A model generated the notes under the pieces. The model did not search any database, had not been told where the DNA came from, and saw only the letters and a program-made list of their open reading frames with translations. From contig CM102284.1 of assembly GCA_046563655.1 (NCBI GenBank), positions 7,130,001 to 7,194,000 of the forward strand: a stretch of DNA of 64,000 bases. The letters are read 5' to 3'. This stretch comes from Yuukianura sp. NJ FZ-2021 (taxonomy: Eukaryota). Each line of letters opens with the position of its first letter. Positions within the stretch are counted from its first letter, which is position 1. A program made the translations under genes and the position numbers. Below are positions 48,201-60,200 of this stretch, in pieces.

Positions 48201-51200
48201 TAGGTTAGGCACCTAACGTAACAGAAAAGAAGAAAAAGAAAAAAGAAATGAACTCAATGGATTTTCTTTTTCACATTAGAACCCTCTAACCACCGCCCCT
48301 TCATCATCCAAATAAAACTTAAAAAGCCTTGGCCAAACACCCTTCTTAAAAGGAAAAAAAAAACAATTTACTTCACTTCGAGAACCATCAGGCACCCCTA
48401 AAAACATTAACAAAAAAATCTAAGAGCGAGGGAAATTCACTCTAACAAAACTAACTTTTAGCATTCCATTTCATTTTCAATATAAAACTTTCTCTTTCCC
48501 CAACGCTTTTCACGTGATTACAAAAAAACCGTTCACTCAAGTAACTTTAACCATCTCATTCTCCAATTTTCAAAAAAATCTAGTTAGCCAGTATAAAAAC
48601 AAGTCCAGCAGAAGCAAAATTTTTTGTAACAAAGAAAAACTTAAGCCTTTAGCTCATCATTTTCCGAGTAATCAATTTCCATTTCCAAGAAAATTGTGAA
48701 TTAGCACCACCATCAGCCCTAGATTTTGCTGCTGCTCGAACTTCTTTTGAAATTAATGAGCTGCTTGTTTTTGTGCGTCCTAGCTTCAAATCCCAGAAAA
48801 TCTTTCTTGTTCGAAATCTCCTGATACCTTTTAGTAGAGCAACTCAAAATCTCCAGGTTCCCAAATTTCATGCCTGCTGAGCATCTCATTGCGTTTTATG
48901 CTGAGAGTAGCGTCTTTTGGGCAATGACATCAAAAGGACTAATCCCTTCGTCTCCCTTTCTCTGCAAATTGTTTCAAAGGAATCACAGAAAACCATAAGC
49001 TCTCTCATTCACTATCGTAGTCAAAAGGAATATTTTCCGATTAAGCTAAGCCAATGAATTGAAAAAACAAGTGGAAAATCAATTTCAACAAACAATAAAC
49101 TTCGCAAATTCATTTCTATGACCAGCGACAACTCCACTAAGCAAAGCCTAACCTAGCCTAACACATTTATATCTCACACATTATAACACATCTAAATATT
49201 TAGCATGTTTGTAAATTCCGAATATCATTTTAAGAATTTCAGATATAAAATTCTAAATTATTCAAAAACCTGCCAAAAAGTGGTCTGTGGTCACACGCTT
49301 TCTCTAGTTTTTGTAAAAAGTGATTACCTCTTCAATCATTGTCTCACATTCACAAAACCTACTTTCTGAGACTATGCTAATGTTAACGCTGAACAACATA
49401 CACGTCCAGAATCGAGGATCGAGCTGTAAGTGCCTTGACTTGAGCCTAGCAACTCCTTACTTTCTCCTTTGTGACTCAATTACATTATCCTACCACATTC
49501 TGATCCTTCCAGAAGACTCACTTCCGCTAATGGACTCCTTATAACCTCATTCCCCATGCACACAGACCCCGGCAACAGAATTCACAAAAACGTCAACTGC
49601 ACTCAACTTTCACCTACTTTCCCTCCCAACCACACTATCCAAAACCACTCTTCCAAATAACATGCAACCTAACCTGTCAACCTTCTCCTTAACATTATTC
49701 TGCTCCTCCAGTACCAGTTTTCAGTTTCATCACGACGAGGAAGCGATGAGCTCAAGCGGAGGATGGGCTTTAGACATGGAAATGACAGCCGATTACCCAG
49801 CTCCACTCCTCCACCTCCCTCCACAACTTTTTAATGTTATGACTAAGGGATCACCACTATGACTTTCTCCACAAAATAAAAAGGGCAAAGCCTCTTTTTC
49901 AAAAAAAAAATTCTCTCTTTTCCAAAAAAAAATTCTCACTTTCTCTTTCTAAGAAACCGCGCTTCTAAGTTCCAAAACGTGAAAGAAAAACTAGGAAGAA
50001 GAAGAGCAAGGTGGAAAATAATCATAAAGTGGAGCTTTCAAAAGAGCACACACTTATCGACTCTGCAGAAGGGATTCACTCTCTCTACTCTAACATATCT
50101 CTTCTATATTTCCCGCCTAACCTAACCTATAGCCTAACTTATAAAAAAAGGACCTGTATTGTAAGGGAAGCCTTTCACTCCTTTCTCCTGTCGGACCGTA
50201 AAGCCTCCTGCGGCATGCCTCCAGTATATTTCTTTACTAATCCCCGTAAACTGATCCCAGGAGACTCCCCACATTCCGCTCCACGGAAGAGGAAAAACCC
50301 ATTCCCCATCAGCCATAGTCTAAAACTCAGAACAGAGAAGGAGACATGTTTCACCTAATGAAAAAAGAACTCACACCACCATTTACTCCCCCAAAAAAGT
50401 TCAACTTTCTCCTTAAAACGCCTCTTCTCCCTTCCTTCACCAGAGATGCAAATTTTGGCGGGCTTTTACTCTCCCATTTTCCTATCCAACTCCTCAGAAG
50501 TTCTTTGCAACTTGCCTTTTAAGGTCTGGAAATGCTTTGGCCATTTACGCAAAAAGTGCTTTCACTTTTCACAAAAGACCACTTTGACCCAAATTCAAAA
50601 TTCCCGCTTGGTTTATCATAGACCGGCAAAGTCCTTTGCACTATTAATGAATATTATCTTTCTCCGATTAGACGCTCTTGCCAACACAAAAAAAACTTCC
50701 TTAACCTGGACTCAAAAGTGAACCGGGAGAAACTTTTTAAAACAAAAACGTCGGTTTTTGGCTGAGGCGGGAAAAAGTTTTTTAAACATCTTTATGACAA
50801 GCATAATTAATTAGGGTAGGTTTAGTTACTGCGGAGATAAGGAGAAACTCATCCCGGAGAAGATGAGAAGATCATATGAGGATCGACGACAAGTTCCAGC
50901 GAGAAAGCGGAGATGAGCTCACTTGATAGCGTTGCTTTAGCTTCGAAATTTCTAGCTTCAAAATTTCGCGCGGGCGGAAGAATAGAAAAAATCCCGTTTT
51001 TTTCTTTGTTCTTTTCCTTCTTCAGAAATCTGATATAACTCAGTAGTGTAACTCCCTCCAGGGAACCCCAGCCCCTGATTGGAATGGACAGACTGGCATT
51101 CTCAGGTAGAACAGAACAAAAACTTGAAAGGAAAAGAAAAAAGCCTCCTCTGCCCGTTTCCTGTGATCCGATTTCTATCCGAGTTCCAAAGGTTCCACTT

Positions 51201-54200
51201 TCAGGAAGAAAAAAGAAAGTAAGAGAAAGTCGTACTTTCCCAAGGGCCCCTTCAAAGAACCCACATTACCACATTTATTAACCAGGAAAGAATAGACTCC
51301 GCCCTGCTCCCCATCTAATTTATACTCAAACCCACACACCCACATACTCTCCACCACATTTCAACCTCGGAACAACAAAGGAACGAGAAACTACAATAAC
51401 CTAACGATAACCTAACCTAGAAACTACAATAACACAAAAAATAGGCTGACATAACTATCTTTGCTCTTAAACAGCTCCTCAAAGTCAATAGTTAACCTTA
51501 TCTTCACAAAATAACATAAACTGAATCTAACTAACTTAAACTTAAAGTTAGCCGAAGCTGTAATCCCAAAGCAATTTTTTAAAATTTACTTTGTATCAAA
51601 TTTATCAGAAAGAAAGCAAACAACTCAGAAATCCCTGATCACTTTTCTGATGTTGTTTTTGCCTTGAAATGTTAGGCACATTCCGAAATTTCGAAAACCG
51701 TCAAATCTCAAAATCTAGCGAATTAAATACTCTCGATTGCTCTCCGCCCATAACCCATTTCCTGGTCCCACGCGTCAGTCCATTTACAACTTTCCCGGTT
51801 ACACTAAAAACTTAGCCTTCCGTCTTCCAAAACCTGTCGTATTTTGGAAATGTTTTTCAAAAACCCATAAACCCAAGAAGTGAAAGTATGTCAGTTGTTT
51901 CCTTATTTCTAACTAAAAGTGAAGGTGATTTTTGAAGGTAGCAATTAGAGGCTCATAAAATGTCTCTGACAGGGACATGACCAAAACCCTGAACGAGTCC
52001 AGAAAACTCACCTGTCTCCCTGCGACGTGTACAGATTACAAAGTCCACAAACATTTCCTTCCAAGGACTTTCACTTTCTGAAACATACCCTATGCTTCCA
52101 TACAGTAACAACCTAACTATACTTCGATTCCATTTTCCACAATGGAAAACTCACTCCTGGTCATTACATGGTTCATGGACCAAGCTTCCGTGGGGTTTCG
52201 AATACCCCAAAATCTAGGCTAATGGCTTCTCCTCGCATGCAAACGAGACCTTTCACCTCCCGGGTCACCCCAACTCCTTTCTCTTTCCTAAGAATAATCA
52301 TAAGAATTACGTGACTCTGATATAACCTTAACGTTAGGCTAAGTTTTAAGCTAGGTTTTAGCATTAAGCCCTCCGTTTTCAACCTAACCAAACACCAAAA
52401 CTCCACTATTCTTACAAAACCTTAAGGAAAAAGTACAAAACAATGAGAAAGGGCAGAAGGAGGTTCTAAGGAGAAGCGCAATAAAGAAAACGAGCGTCTC
52501 CAAATTGTTTTCTCTCCATCGATCAAATTGTTAGACCATTCCGAACCTTGTTTCTTGCCATCCAGCTCAAGAGTTATCGTGTTAAGTATTGCAAAATAAA
52601 AGATTAGCAACTTGTGCACAAGAGTAAAAGAAGGAAAATACGCAAGATTTCCTTCTCTGCTCCACTTTCAAACTCTTTCAGTCACCCATAAATTTGGATT
52701 GTCCAGAACAAGCTCCAAAACTTTCTCCAAACGGGCCAAAATCCTGTGCAAAAAGCCCAATTCATGCAACTATGGTTCTTGAGAACCCAGAATGAACAAA
52801 ACTGAAAACATTTGAACACAACTGTTTCTATTGTGTCACAAAAATTCTTTACATCAAGTTTAAATAATTCTGAACTTTTAATTTCAGGAATTACACCAAA
52901 AAAAATTTAAACAAAAATTTCATCTTGAAAATTTCTAAGAACTTGGACGCTTTTACTCAAAAATTTTGAAAATAAAAAATTTTGAAAATGAAAATAACTT
53001 TTCGAATTATCTACAACACAGAAATAATTCATTTTCCAAGTTAATTACAATCCCAACTTATTTTGGATTTTTTTCCTCCTCCCAAATTGCGTTGTTCTGC
53101 AGTTTACTCTTCACAAAGCCAATTATGAATGAGAAAAGTAATTAAATTGGCACAAAAGCTAGAATGTCAACTCCCCTTCCTTCAAAACACTTCCTGCCAT
53201 AAGTCATTTCCATTCACAATGTGAATTTCACACAAAAAAAAATCGATATGCGTCGCCCCACATTCTAGTCGTACTTTTTAAGCTCTCCGTCCACGTGAGT
53301 TTACCATCAATCACTACGGATACGCAGTAAATCAAGACTTTACAGTTTGCAGTAAAAGTCGCTCAGCAAAAGCACTATTTTGTTCTAAAAAAAACTCTGT
53401 ACCTAGGAGACATGTGCTTTCTAATCTCTCTTTCTTCAGTCACTTTCACAACAACATTTTCATTTCCAACTTCCAGCGTACTCGTAAACACTTCTTACTT
53501 TCTTCTCCTTTTGTCGAAATGTGTTAATTAAAAATCCACTCTTAGTTTCTCCACTTTAATACACTTTAATAAGCACTTACTTTCAGCAGACTGCTTTTAC
53601 TTTTGGTAAACACAAAAGTAGTAAGCAAGTTCTAAGTTTCTAAATGTCAACACCAATTGTTGCCCTCATTTCACTTTCTCCCAAATTCCAAAATCCAATA
53701 ACTGTCCTTTTCCCTTATTTTCGAAATTTAGAACCAGAAAGTTCTGAGCAATTAGAATCCTAGGATCAATACTATTAGTCTCCTTTTCCCGTTTTACGTT
53801 AGAAGCACATCAGAGAAAGTCAGGACTAGAAAAGGCCAACTCCGGAATCATAATCAACGCTTTGTGATTATTAATTAAAAGACTCAGACCAATCAAAACT
53901 TGAGCCTCAAAAGGAGCCATATGGAGGAGAAATTAACTCAAAAATGAACTTTCTCCTTCCTCTCTCAATTGACACGACTTCTACTATAGTGAAAGTGTTC
54001 CCATTGAACAACAAAGGAGAAAGTATAGGCCGATAAGGAAGGAAGCAAAAGAAAGAAGAGCTAATATATTATTTCTCATCTCGGGTCCGCATCTTTCATC
54101 AGTAAATTCTTGTCGCGTTATTTTAGCTTAAAGAGGCACAAAGTGTCGACTTTTCACTCCTCGCTTTTCTTCGTCCAGAAAAAAGAGAAACCCGAAACCA

Positions 54201-56720
54201 AGGAAAAGAAGTAGGAAGACGGGAAGTCTGTCGAGAATAATAAGATTGGAGAGAACAAATGGACGAGGACTGACTCTAAATCTAGCCAAGTGTAGAAAGC
54301 AAAGGACGCAGGGTGACAAGACATTCTTCCTTTCTCCCTCTACCAACACAAGAGTCTTTGAATCTGTCAATAGACCCATTGTTTCCTCTACTTTCTAGAC
54401 AAGCGACTTGAGACCTTAGTTGATGAATCTATAAATTACCATCCACACCCTCCATCTCATCTCATTTCATTACGATTCAGCTAAATAATGCACAAACACT
54501 GAAAAGAAACAGGAGAAATGGGAAAGAAAGGGAATAAAAAGTTACCTAACCTAAACAAAATCAATGTTTTTCCTTGCTGTAATTTTGCGTGATCGATTTT
54601 TCATGTTTTTGATACGCCTTCTTGTTTTTGATTAGTCCAATCCTTAATTGTTAAGAAGAGCTTTGCTAACTAGGGTAATGAAGAAACTAGGTTTAGCGTT
54701 AGGAGAAGACACCGCAAAATAAGTTATTAGAAAGTTCCCAATTACGTTTAGACAACTTCGAAAAGAAAGTGAGTGTACTAGATGCCCCCTAAAAGTTAAA
54801 TAATGGAATCAAAACCGTAATTAACTACCTCGGTATTAGCTATAATTAACTTCACTCTAACAAGCTCTCAGTACCAATTCACTCTTATGCCTACCTGAGA
54901 AAATAAACTTTTAACTGTTTCCTCTAATTAAAACTAAAATTGGAAAATTTCGAAAAACAAAAACATCCGTGCGTTGCACAAAAGTTTTCCTAATTCTTCA
55001 CAAATACAAAAAACAACAAGTTTTTCTTTGCCAAAAGATTCTTTGCAGATCCAAAAATTTTCGGGTCAAAATTAAAGCTTTCCAAAATTAAATTTTTATT
55101 TAACTCATTGTAAATTGCACCGAAAAAAAAATTTTTTTTTGCAGGAAATGAGTGGAAATGGCTCAAGACCTCGTGAAAAGTGAAAAAGAAGGAAAGGAAA
55201 ACACAATTTTTTTTTTTGAAAAACTGTTTGAGGCTGTGGTTTCCACGGATTGAAAACTTCATTTCCATTCGACTTGAGCATATAGTTACTCCCTCCATTA
55301 TTTGTTCGCATTTCCTCTCCTCGACATTGGATTACTAGCTGTTCAAACGGAAGAAGCCTCAAGTGGAGCTCCTCTTCACACTTCCGGTTTACCCACATCT
55401 GAAAATCAAATTTCCTGCTCCTTTCACCCAACCAACAAAAAACTCTGACATTTTAAGCCTGTTGAATCCTCATTTTCATTATAATAAAAACATGAGCCAA
55501 AATTCTTGTTTCACGCCGCCTTCGCTCGCACTTTCACTTTTTCTTTTTCGCGTCCTTCGATTTCAACTGGGATGGCACCGAAAAAAGTGAATATGCCTCC
55601 AGCTCCCTGGATATTGAAACTTTAGAAACAATATTTTCTTAACAAGATCCAGCAGCATCCAGTACTTCGCGAGTAGACAAAAGCAAAAAAGCTTTCACAA
55701 GGGGCTCAAAAACAGAAGTTAGAAGTGGAGTGAGAGTAGTCGAATATAGGATTTTGAAAAACGCATATAAATAACATACTCAAATAATAAAAGCACTCCG
55801 CCAACCTCCCTCCTCCTCATCCCCCTTTCCATTTTGGTTAGGAAAACATAGAGGCTGGAGAAAGTAATTCATATTTATCTCCTCGGGTCATTCTCCCGCT
55901 CTGACGGTGAACTAAGCCTTCCACCCTACCTAACTCAACCAAACACCGAAACTAACATAAGATTTCAAAATTTTGAAAATTCTAACAAATTTTGTTTCTA
56001 GTTAACATCGATCCTCCAGTTCCATTGACTTTCACCCCTGATTACTCCAACTAATAGGCAGAAAATAGAGAGTCCTTTGACTTCATGGACATAATAAAGT
56101 ACCGCAACTCTGCATAATAACTTTGCACAAAAGATGAAATGCAGAGAAAAGAAGAAAGCTACAGCTTTCTCCATAATCCTCTTATCCTTCCATCCATCAT
56201 TCCCTCCATCTGTCAACCATCTTCCATTAAATGGATTACAGTCACAGAGTAGCAGCGGCAGTCTCCTTCAGGGAATCAAACACCAAAAGACTCAGCTTAA
56301 ATTACGCAAAAAAAAGTTTTAGCTTTTACTCAACGGGTAGCTTCAGGCGTCAGAAATTTTGAAACAAAAACTTTCAAAAAAGTTGTCATTCTATACGCCA
56401 TTTAGAAAAAAAGTCAATTCGAAATACATCGACAGAAATTGCAGAAGTTCTCCAACACTTCAATTCCTGTGCTAAACCGTTTTTTTTTAATTTTGATTTT
56501 TTAATTTTACGGCACCAAAAGAAATTGAAGCAAAATTTCTCTTGTGATTCTTTGAGTCTATCCTTTTCTCTTCCTGCTTTCACCAAGTCAAGGAGATGCA
56601 GATTTGTGGAAATTTTGAAACAGAAAAAAAGTTTTGGGACTTACCGTTTCCGAATGCCGAGGTGACTCCACAGACTAGAATGGCAAGGAGCCAGAGTCCA
56701 GTCCAGAAGCTTGGTGGCAT
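18276..56720 (-). CDS. Lar: LAR-family (type IIa) receptor protein tyrosine phosphatase, ~2070 aa: signal peptide, 3 Ig, 9 FNIII, TM, PTP D1 and D2
   Basis: 33 GT-AG exons join in frame (6213 nt): 56720-56645, 43227-43129, 42911-42720, 32003-31818, 30997-30887, 29569-29455, 29374-29217, 29002-28712, 28418-28341, 28247-27895, 27819-27669, 26950-26645, 24021-23676, 23581-23412, 23326-22890, 22808-22572, 22498-22406, 22319-22168, 22101-21864, 21764-21522, 21443-21220, 21109-20964, 20881-20823, 20724-20425, 20349-20125, 20045-19985, 19900-19683, 19614-19453, 19379-19074, 19011-18901, 18812-18743, 18665-18430, 18338-18276. Motifs: [70 protein letters not shown]. Assignment of the signal-peptide exon is the least certain part. 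Confidence 0.96.
24607..24612 (-). CDS. Lar: Candidate 6-nt Lar microexon between FNIII-4 and FNIII-5
   Basis: AAATATTCAG|CCAACA|GTAAGTGAG with a perfect donor, preceded by 269 nt with no AG on the sense strand; phase 1-1. Confidence 0.5.
25277..25306 (-). CDS. Lar: Candidate 30-nt Lar microexon (or alternative terminal exon) between FNIII-4 and FNIII-5
   Basis: TTTTACACTAG|TGCCCACCGTCTACTTTCACTTTGAAAACC|GTGTGT, preceded by 204 nt with no AG on the sense strand; phase 1-1. Confidence 0.4.
28569..28592 (-). CDS. Lar: Candidate 24-nt Lar microexon between FNIII-1 and FNIII-2 (inserts MDTPFGSS)
   Basis: Minus strand reads AATGCACGCTTCTGCAG|TGGATACACCCTTTGGAAGTTCAA|GTAAGC. Phase 1-1, matching the host intron; no stop codon. 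Confidence 0.75.
44525..44559 (+). promoter_or_regulatory. TATA box plus initiator of diapausin-like gene 1
   Basis: TATAAAA at 44525-44531 and TCAGT at 44555-44559 (30-nt spacing); the Inr ends about 65 nt before the ATG at 44624. AATAAA at 44969-44974 follows the stop codon. Confidence 0.75.
44624..44915 (+). CDS. Secreted six-cysteine diapausin-like peptide 1 (65-aa precursor); exons 44624-44684 and 44779-44915; nested antisense in a Lar intron
   Basis: [65 protein letters not shown]. Signal peptide ends in TEA; GTAAGT/TTTCCAG phase-1 intron; C-x3-C-x9-CC-x9-C-x6-C spacing with GPC, CCRAHG and YC..YC as in beetle/moth diapausin. Confidence 0.88.
45359..45645 (+). CDS. Secreted six-cysteine diapausin-like peptide 2 (66-aa precursor); exons 45359-45416 and 45503-45645; nested antisense in a Lar intron
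   Basis: [66 protein letters not shown]. Same intron position and phase, and identical Cys spacing, as peptide 1. Confidence 0.86.
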
Positions 56721-57262
56721 GCCCTTAAGGGCCTCTGCTCCTCGGCCCTGTCTCCAAGGGCTCAACTCCTGAAAATATTAAGGAAAAACAAAATGCCTTA
56801 CGATTTCTTCTACAAATGGTGTCAGAAGGAGAGCAGGGAACGCCAACGCCATCAATCCCACAGCACGCCGCGTCATTTCAAACATTTTGTTCTACTTTCT
56901 CTAGCTCCTGTTTTTCTTCCGGACATTGCATTACACCATTAAATTTTAGCATTTCAAAAAGTCGATTTCCAAAAACAACAACAACACTTTCACCATAACC
57001 CACTAATTCCTTCTTGATTTTTTCACAACACTGCGAAATTAAATTCACTCCAGATCATTTTCTCATCTAACTTTTACTTAAAAATAGCTAAAAACCACTG
57101 AGACTAAAACTTGACTGGCGTTTATGTTAGCACTACATAAACCGACTTCCAAATTTTCACCACACAACTTTTTACATTGCAATTGTTGCAAAAACCAAAC
57201 TCAACTCACAAAATACTTTCACCACCAGAACTTGAAAGTTCTGCCTTCGAGGCTCAGCCACT

Positions 57263-57268
57263 GACTGA
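57263..57268 (-). promoter_or_regulatory. Candidate proximal Lar initiator (TCAGTC)
   Basis: Minus strand GTTCAGTCAGTGG in a locally GC-richer stretch about 550 nt upstream of the signal-peptide ATG. Confidence 0.35.
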
Positions 57269-60200
57269 ACTCAAAGCTCTTCTCAGCGGCTCAACCTGCC
57301 AGCACAACCTCCCCTCCGCCTGCCCGCCACAGTTCAAATCCGAATAGACGCAGAGAAAGCACCGAAACTCAAATTCCGACAGGCAGAGTCTCTTTCCCCA
57401 CCGAAATTCGGAACATTACATGAGACACTTTCTTACACAACTGCCTAATCATAGTCATTTTTCAAAGAAATTATCTACATAATACAACTAATCTTATTTA
57501 TATAACACAATTAACTCCTAGAAACAAATATTCGCACTATAATTCCTTCCTAGGCTATGCTTGCTAACAAATATTAAGCAAATCAATCGATTTCATTTTC
57601 ATTTCAAATCTCCAGTTTGAGTTTGACCTCACGACCTTTAAAATTCCTGGTTCAAAACTGTGTATTTTATTTTATTATGAGAAATTTTGAGCACGCAGGT
57701 AGAGAACAATCAGGAAAATTATAGCAGGGTCCTTATTAGACGCTTTAGTCCCTGATTTTATTACTCCCTTGCAGGAAAAGAAAGTTTATGAGGAAAAAGG
57801 CTTAGGTCATAAAAATCCTTGGACTTGCCCCGTCCACCTCCTTCAGGCAGAAACCAGAAGGTTAACAAGGACTTTGACCCGCGTATGCTTTCTCTACTCG
57901 GTTTCACTTTTTTACTTTACTTTTTTCCTTGTTCCAAAACCAAATCAAATTCTCCTGGTTTCATAGTTTTAAGAACCAAATTGGTTGTGGTGTGGTTGGT
58001 TAGAATTTTTTTAACCTCCTAAACCAGTTTCACTCTAAACTAAAGTTATACACGAAAATCCCGCTAAATATTTGAAACTAATCCGCGAAATGTAAATGCG
58101 TCCTTTACGAAAGAAATTCAAACTTGACTTGGCAATACAATTTTTCAAAGAATTGATTTGCGGAGGTGAGAAATTCCGTCAATAAAGCGTATTTTTCAAG
58201 CGATGTGGCTTCTGCGTCTTATACGATGCCAATAAAAAGCCGTTTCCCAAACAAAACCTTCCAATTTGAAGAAAGCTTCCCACCGAAACCGAAAGTTCTG
58301 CTGCATGCAAAAATCGCATTAATAAAGAATCACGTAGAAATCAAGTCCAAATTGCATTTTCTCAACTCAAAACTGAACTCCTCGATAAATCAAGTTCCTT
58401 GACTAGTGAAGAGTAATATGAAACCGTCCCACACACAGGTAGCATAGCATTTCTATTCCCACAACGCAGAATACTCTCCAATTCTTGCGTGATCTCCTTT
58501 TGTTTTGATTATAAATCCATGAAGGCATGACTCCAGACATGGACAAAAGTATAAGAGAAAACATGAATGAATCAAATCTAAATCCAAAGGGATTCGGCAC
58601 ATGACCCTCTTCGGTTTCAAAGGCTCAACTCAAAATGAACTTCTATATAAAAAAAAAACTTTTTCATTCTATTTCTGTCCACAATTCCTCCCCTTTCCAA
58701 CTTATGACCACAACTATTCTTCTGCAATTTAATAGCCTCACTTTCTTTTTTCTGTTGCTTTCTCCCTCTTTTTTCTCCCCTTATCCATCCACCCACACGA
58801 TTTCCAACTGAGAATTACAGTGCAAGAAAAAAAAACAATTTAGAGCCACTTTTTTCAATCGACAATCAATGATTTTTTCATTCCCAAACGCAGACAAAAC
58901 CAGCACACCAAAAATACAAACCCCTCAAAATTCCAGTTCATTGATTATCTAAAATGTCGATTCCAAAAATTCCGACTTTCTCCTGCAAACTTTTTCCCGC
59001 TAAATCTAACAAAGTCTAAAACTTGTGCCCAGCAGCACCCTCCTGACCATCCCCTAGCCTAACTCCAAGCAGAAGATGACTCTTCCCGCGAAAAGTTTCC
59101 ATAAATCACAATTTGGTGGGAATTACTAGGCAACCACCTGCTGGGAGATTTTCCGCTTTTCTCCTTTCCAGTTTATTCCCCCTGCCCTTTAATACATTTC
59201 AATTTCCTGGAAAAGTCTTTCACTTTCTCCCGCCCTTCCAAAAAATCCACCCATAACTCACTCCCCAGTCCATTTCAACCTCATCTCTCCCGAAAAAAAA
59301 ATAAAGTCCACTAAATACCACAAAACTGCATTACTAACTTACAATTTTGTTCAAGCAAAATTTAAAAACCGTTTTTCCAAACTAAATTATACCAATTTTT
59401 CAAAGGAAAAACTCCACTTCTCCGATATTCCTTAAAAAAATTTCTGATGTATTCAAAAACAAACAGAAATTTCTCCTCATTAAAACTCACCTTCTTGCTC
59501 ACCTACATGTTAGGCCAAAAAATCAATTTCAAAAACACACACTCAAACATTTCCAAAAAGAAAAATTGCAAACCAGTCTCAGAAATTCAAAAAGTGAAAC
59601 AACAAGTAACTTTTATTTGTTTTTCTTGTAGTTTACACGTACTTCCAAAAAACTTCACTTAAAATTCTCGTTTTTCTCCGTTTTCTTGCTAAATTATAAT
59701 TTACCCTCCCACAGTAGCAATTATTTCCCTTTAAAAACCAACAACACGCTCCCGCTCTATTGATTTCTTCCGGCTTGTGTTTAAGGAAGGAAATGTTTTC
59801 CATTTTTATTTTTAAATTTTCCTAACCAACACCACTACCGCAATTTCCCTTTTTTCCTGCCAAAAAAAAAAACTCCGCTAGTGCTTCCTCTGGGCTGAAC
59901 TTTTTTGAAATCCATTAGACAAATTGAGTCTTGATTGTCCCGTCATGAATTTCTAGTCGAACTCAACTTTTTTTAGAGTCGGGAATCCTTAAAAGATTGC
60001 CTTCCGACTTTCTCTACTTTCATTTATCGCCTCTTTTCTCACTACCCGCCTCCAGAAAACCGTTCCTTTTCCCGCTCTTTCTTATTTTAAAGCCCTCCTA
60101 AAAAAAGAAAACACGTCTTGGCCACTTTCTTTTCCATAAAGACTTTCTCAAAAGGTAAAAAGAGCTACGACGAGGCTTTTATCCCAAACTGCCAACACCT

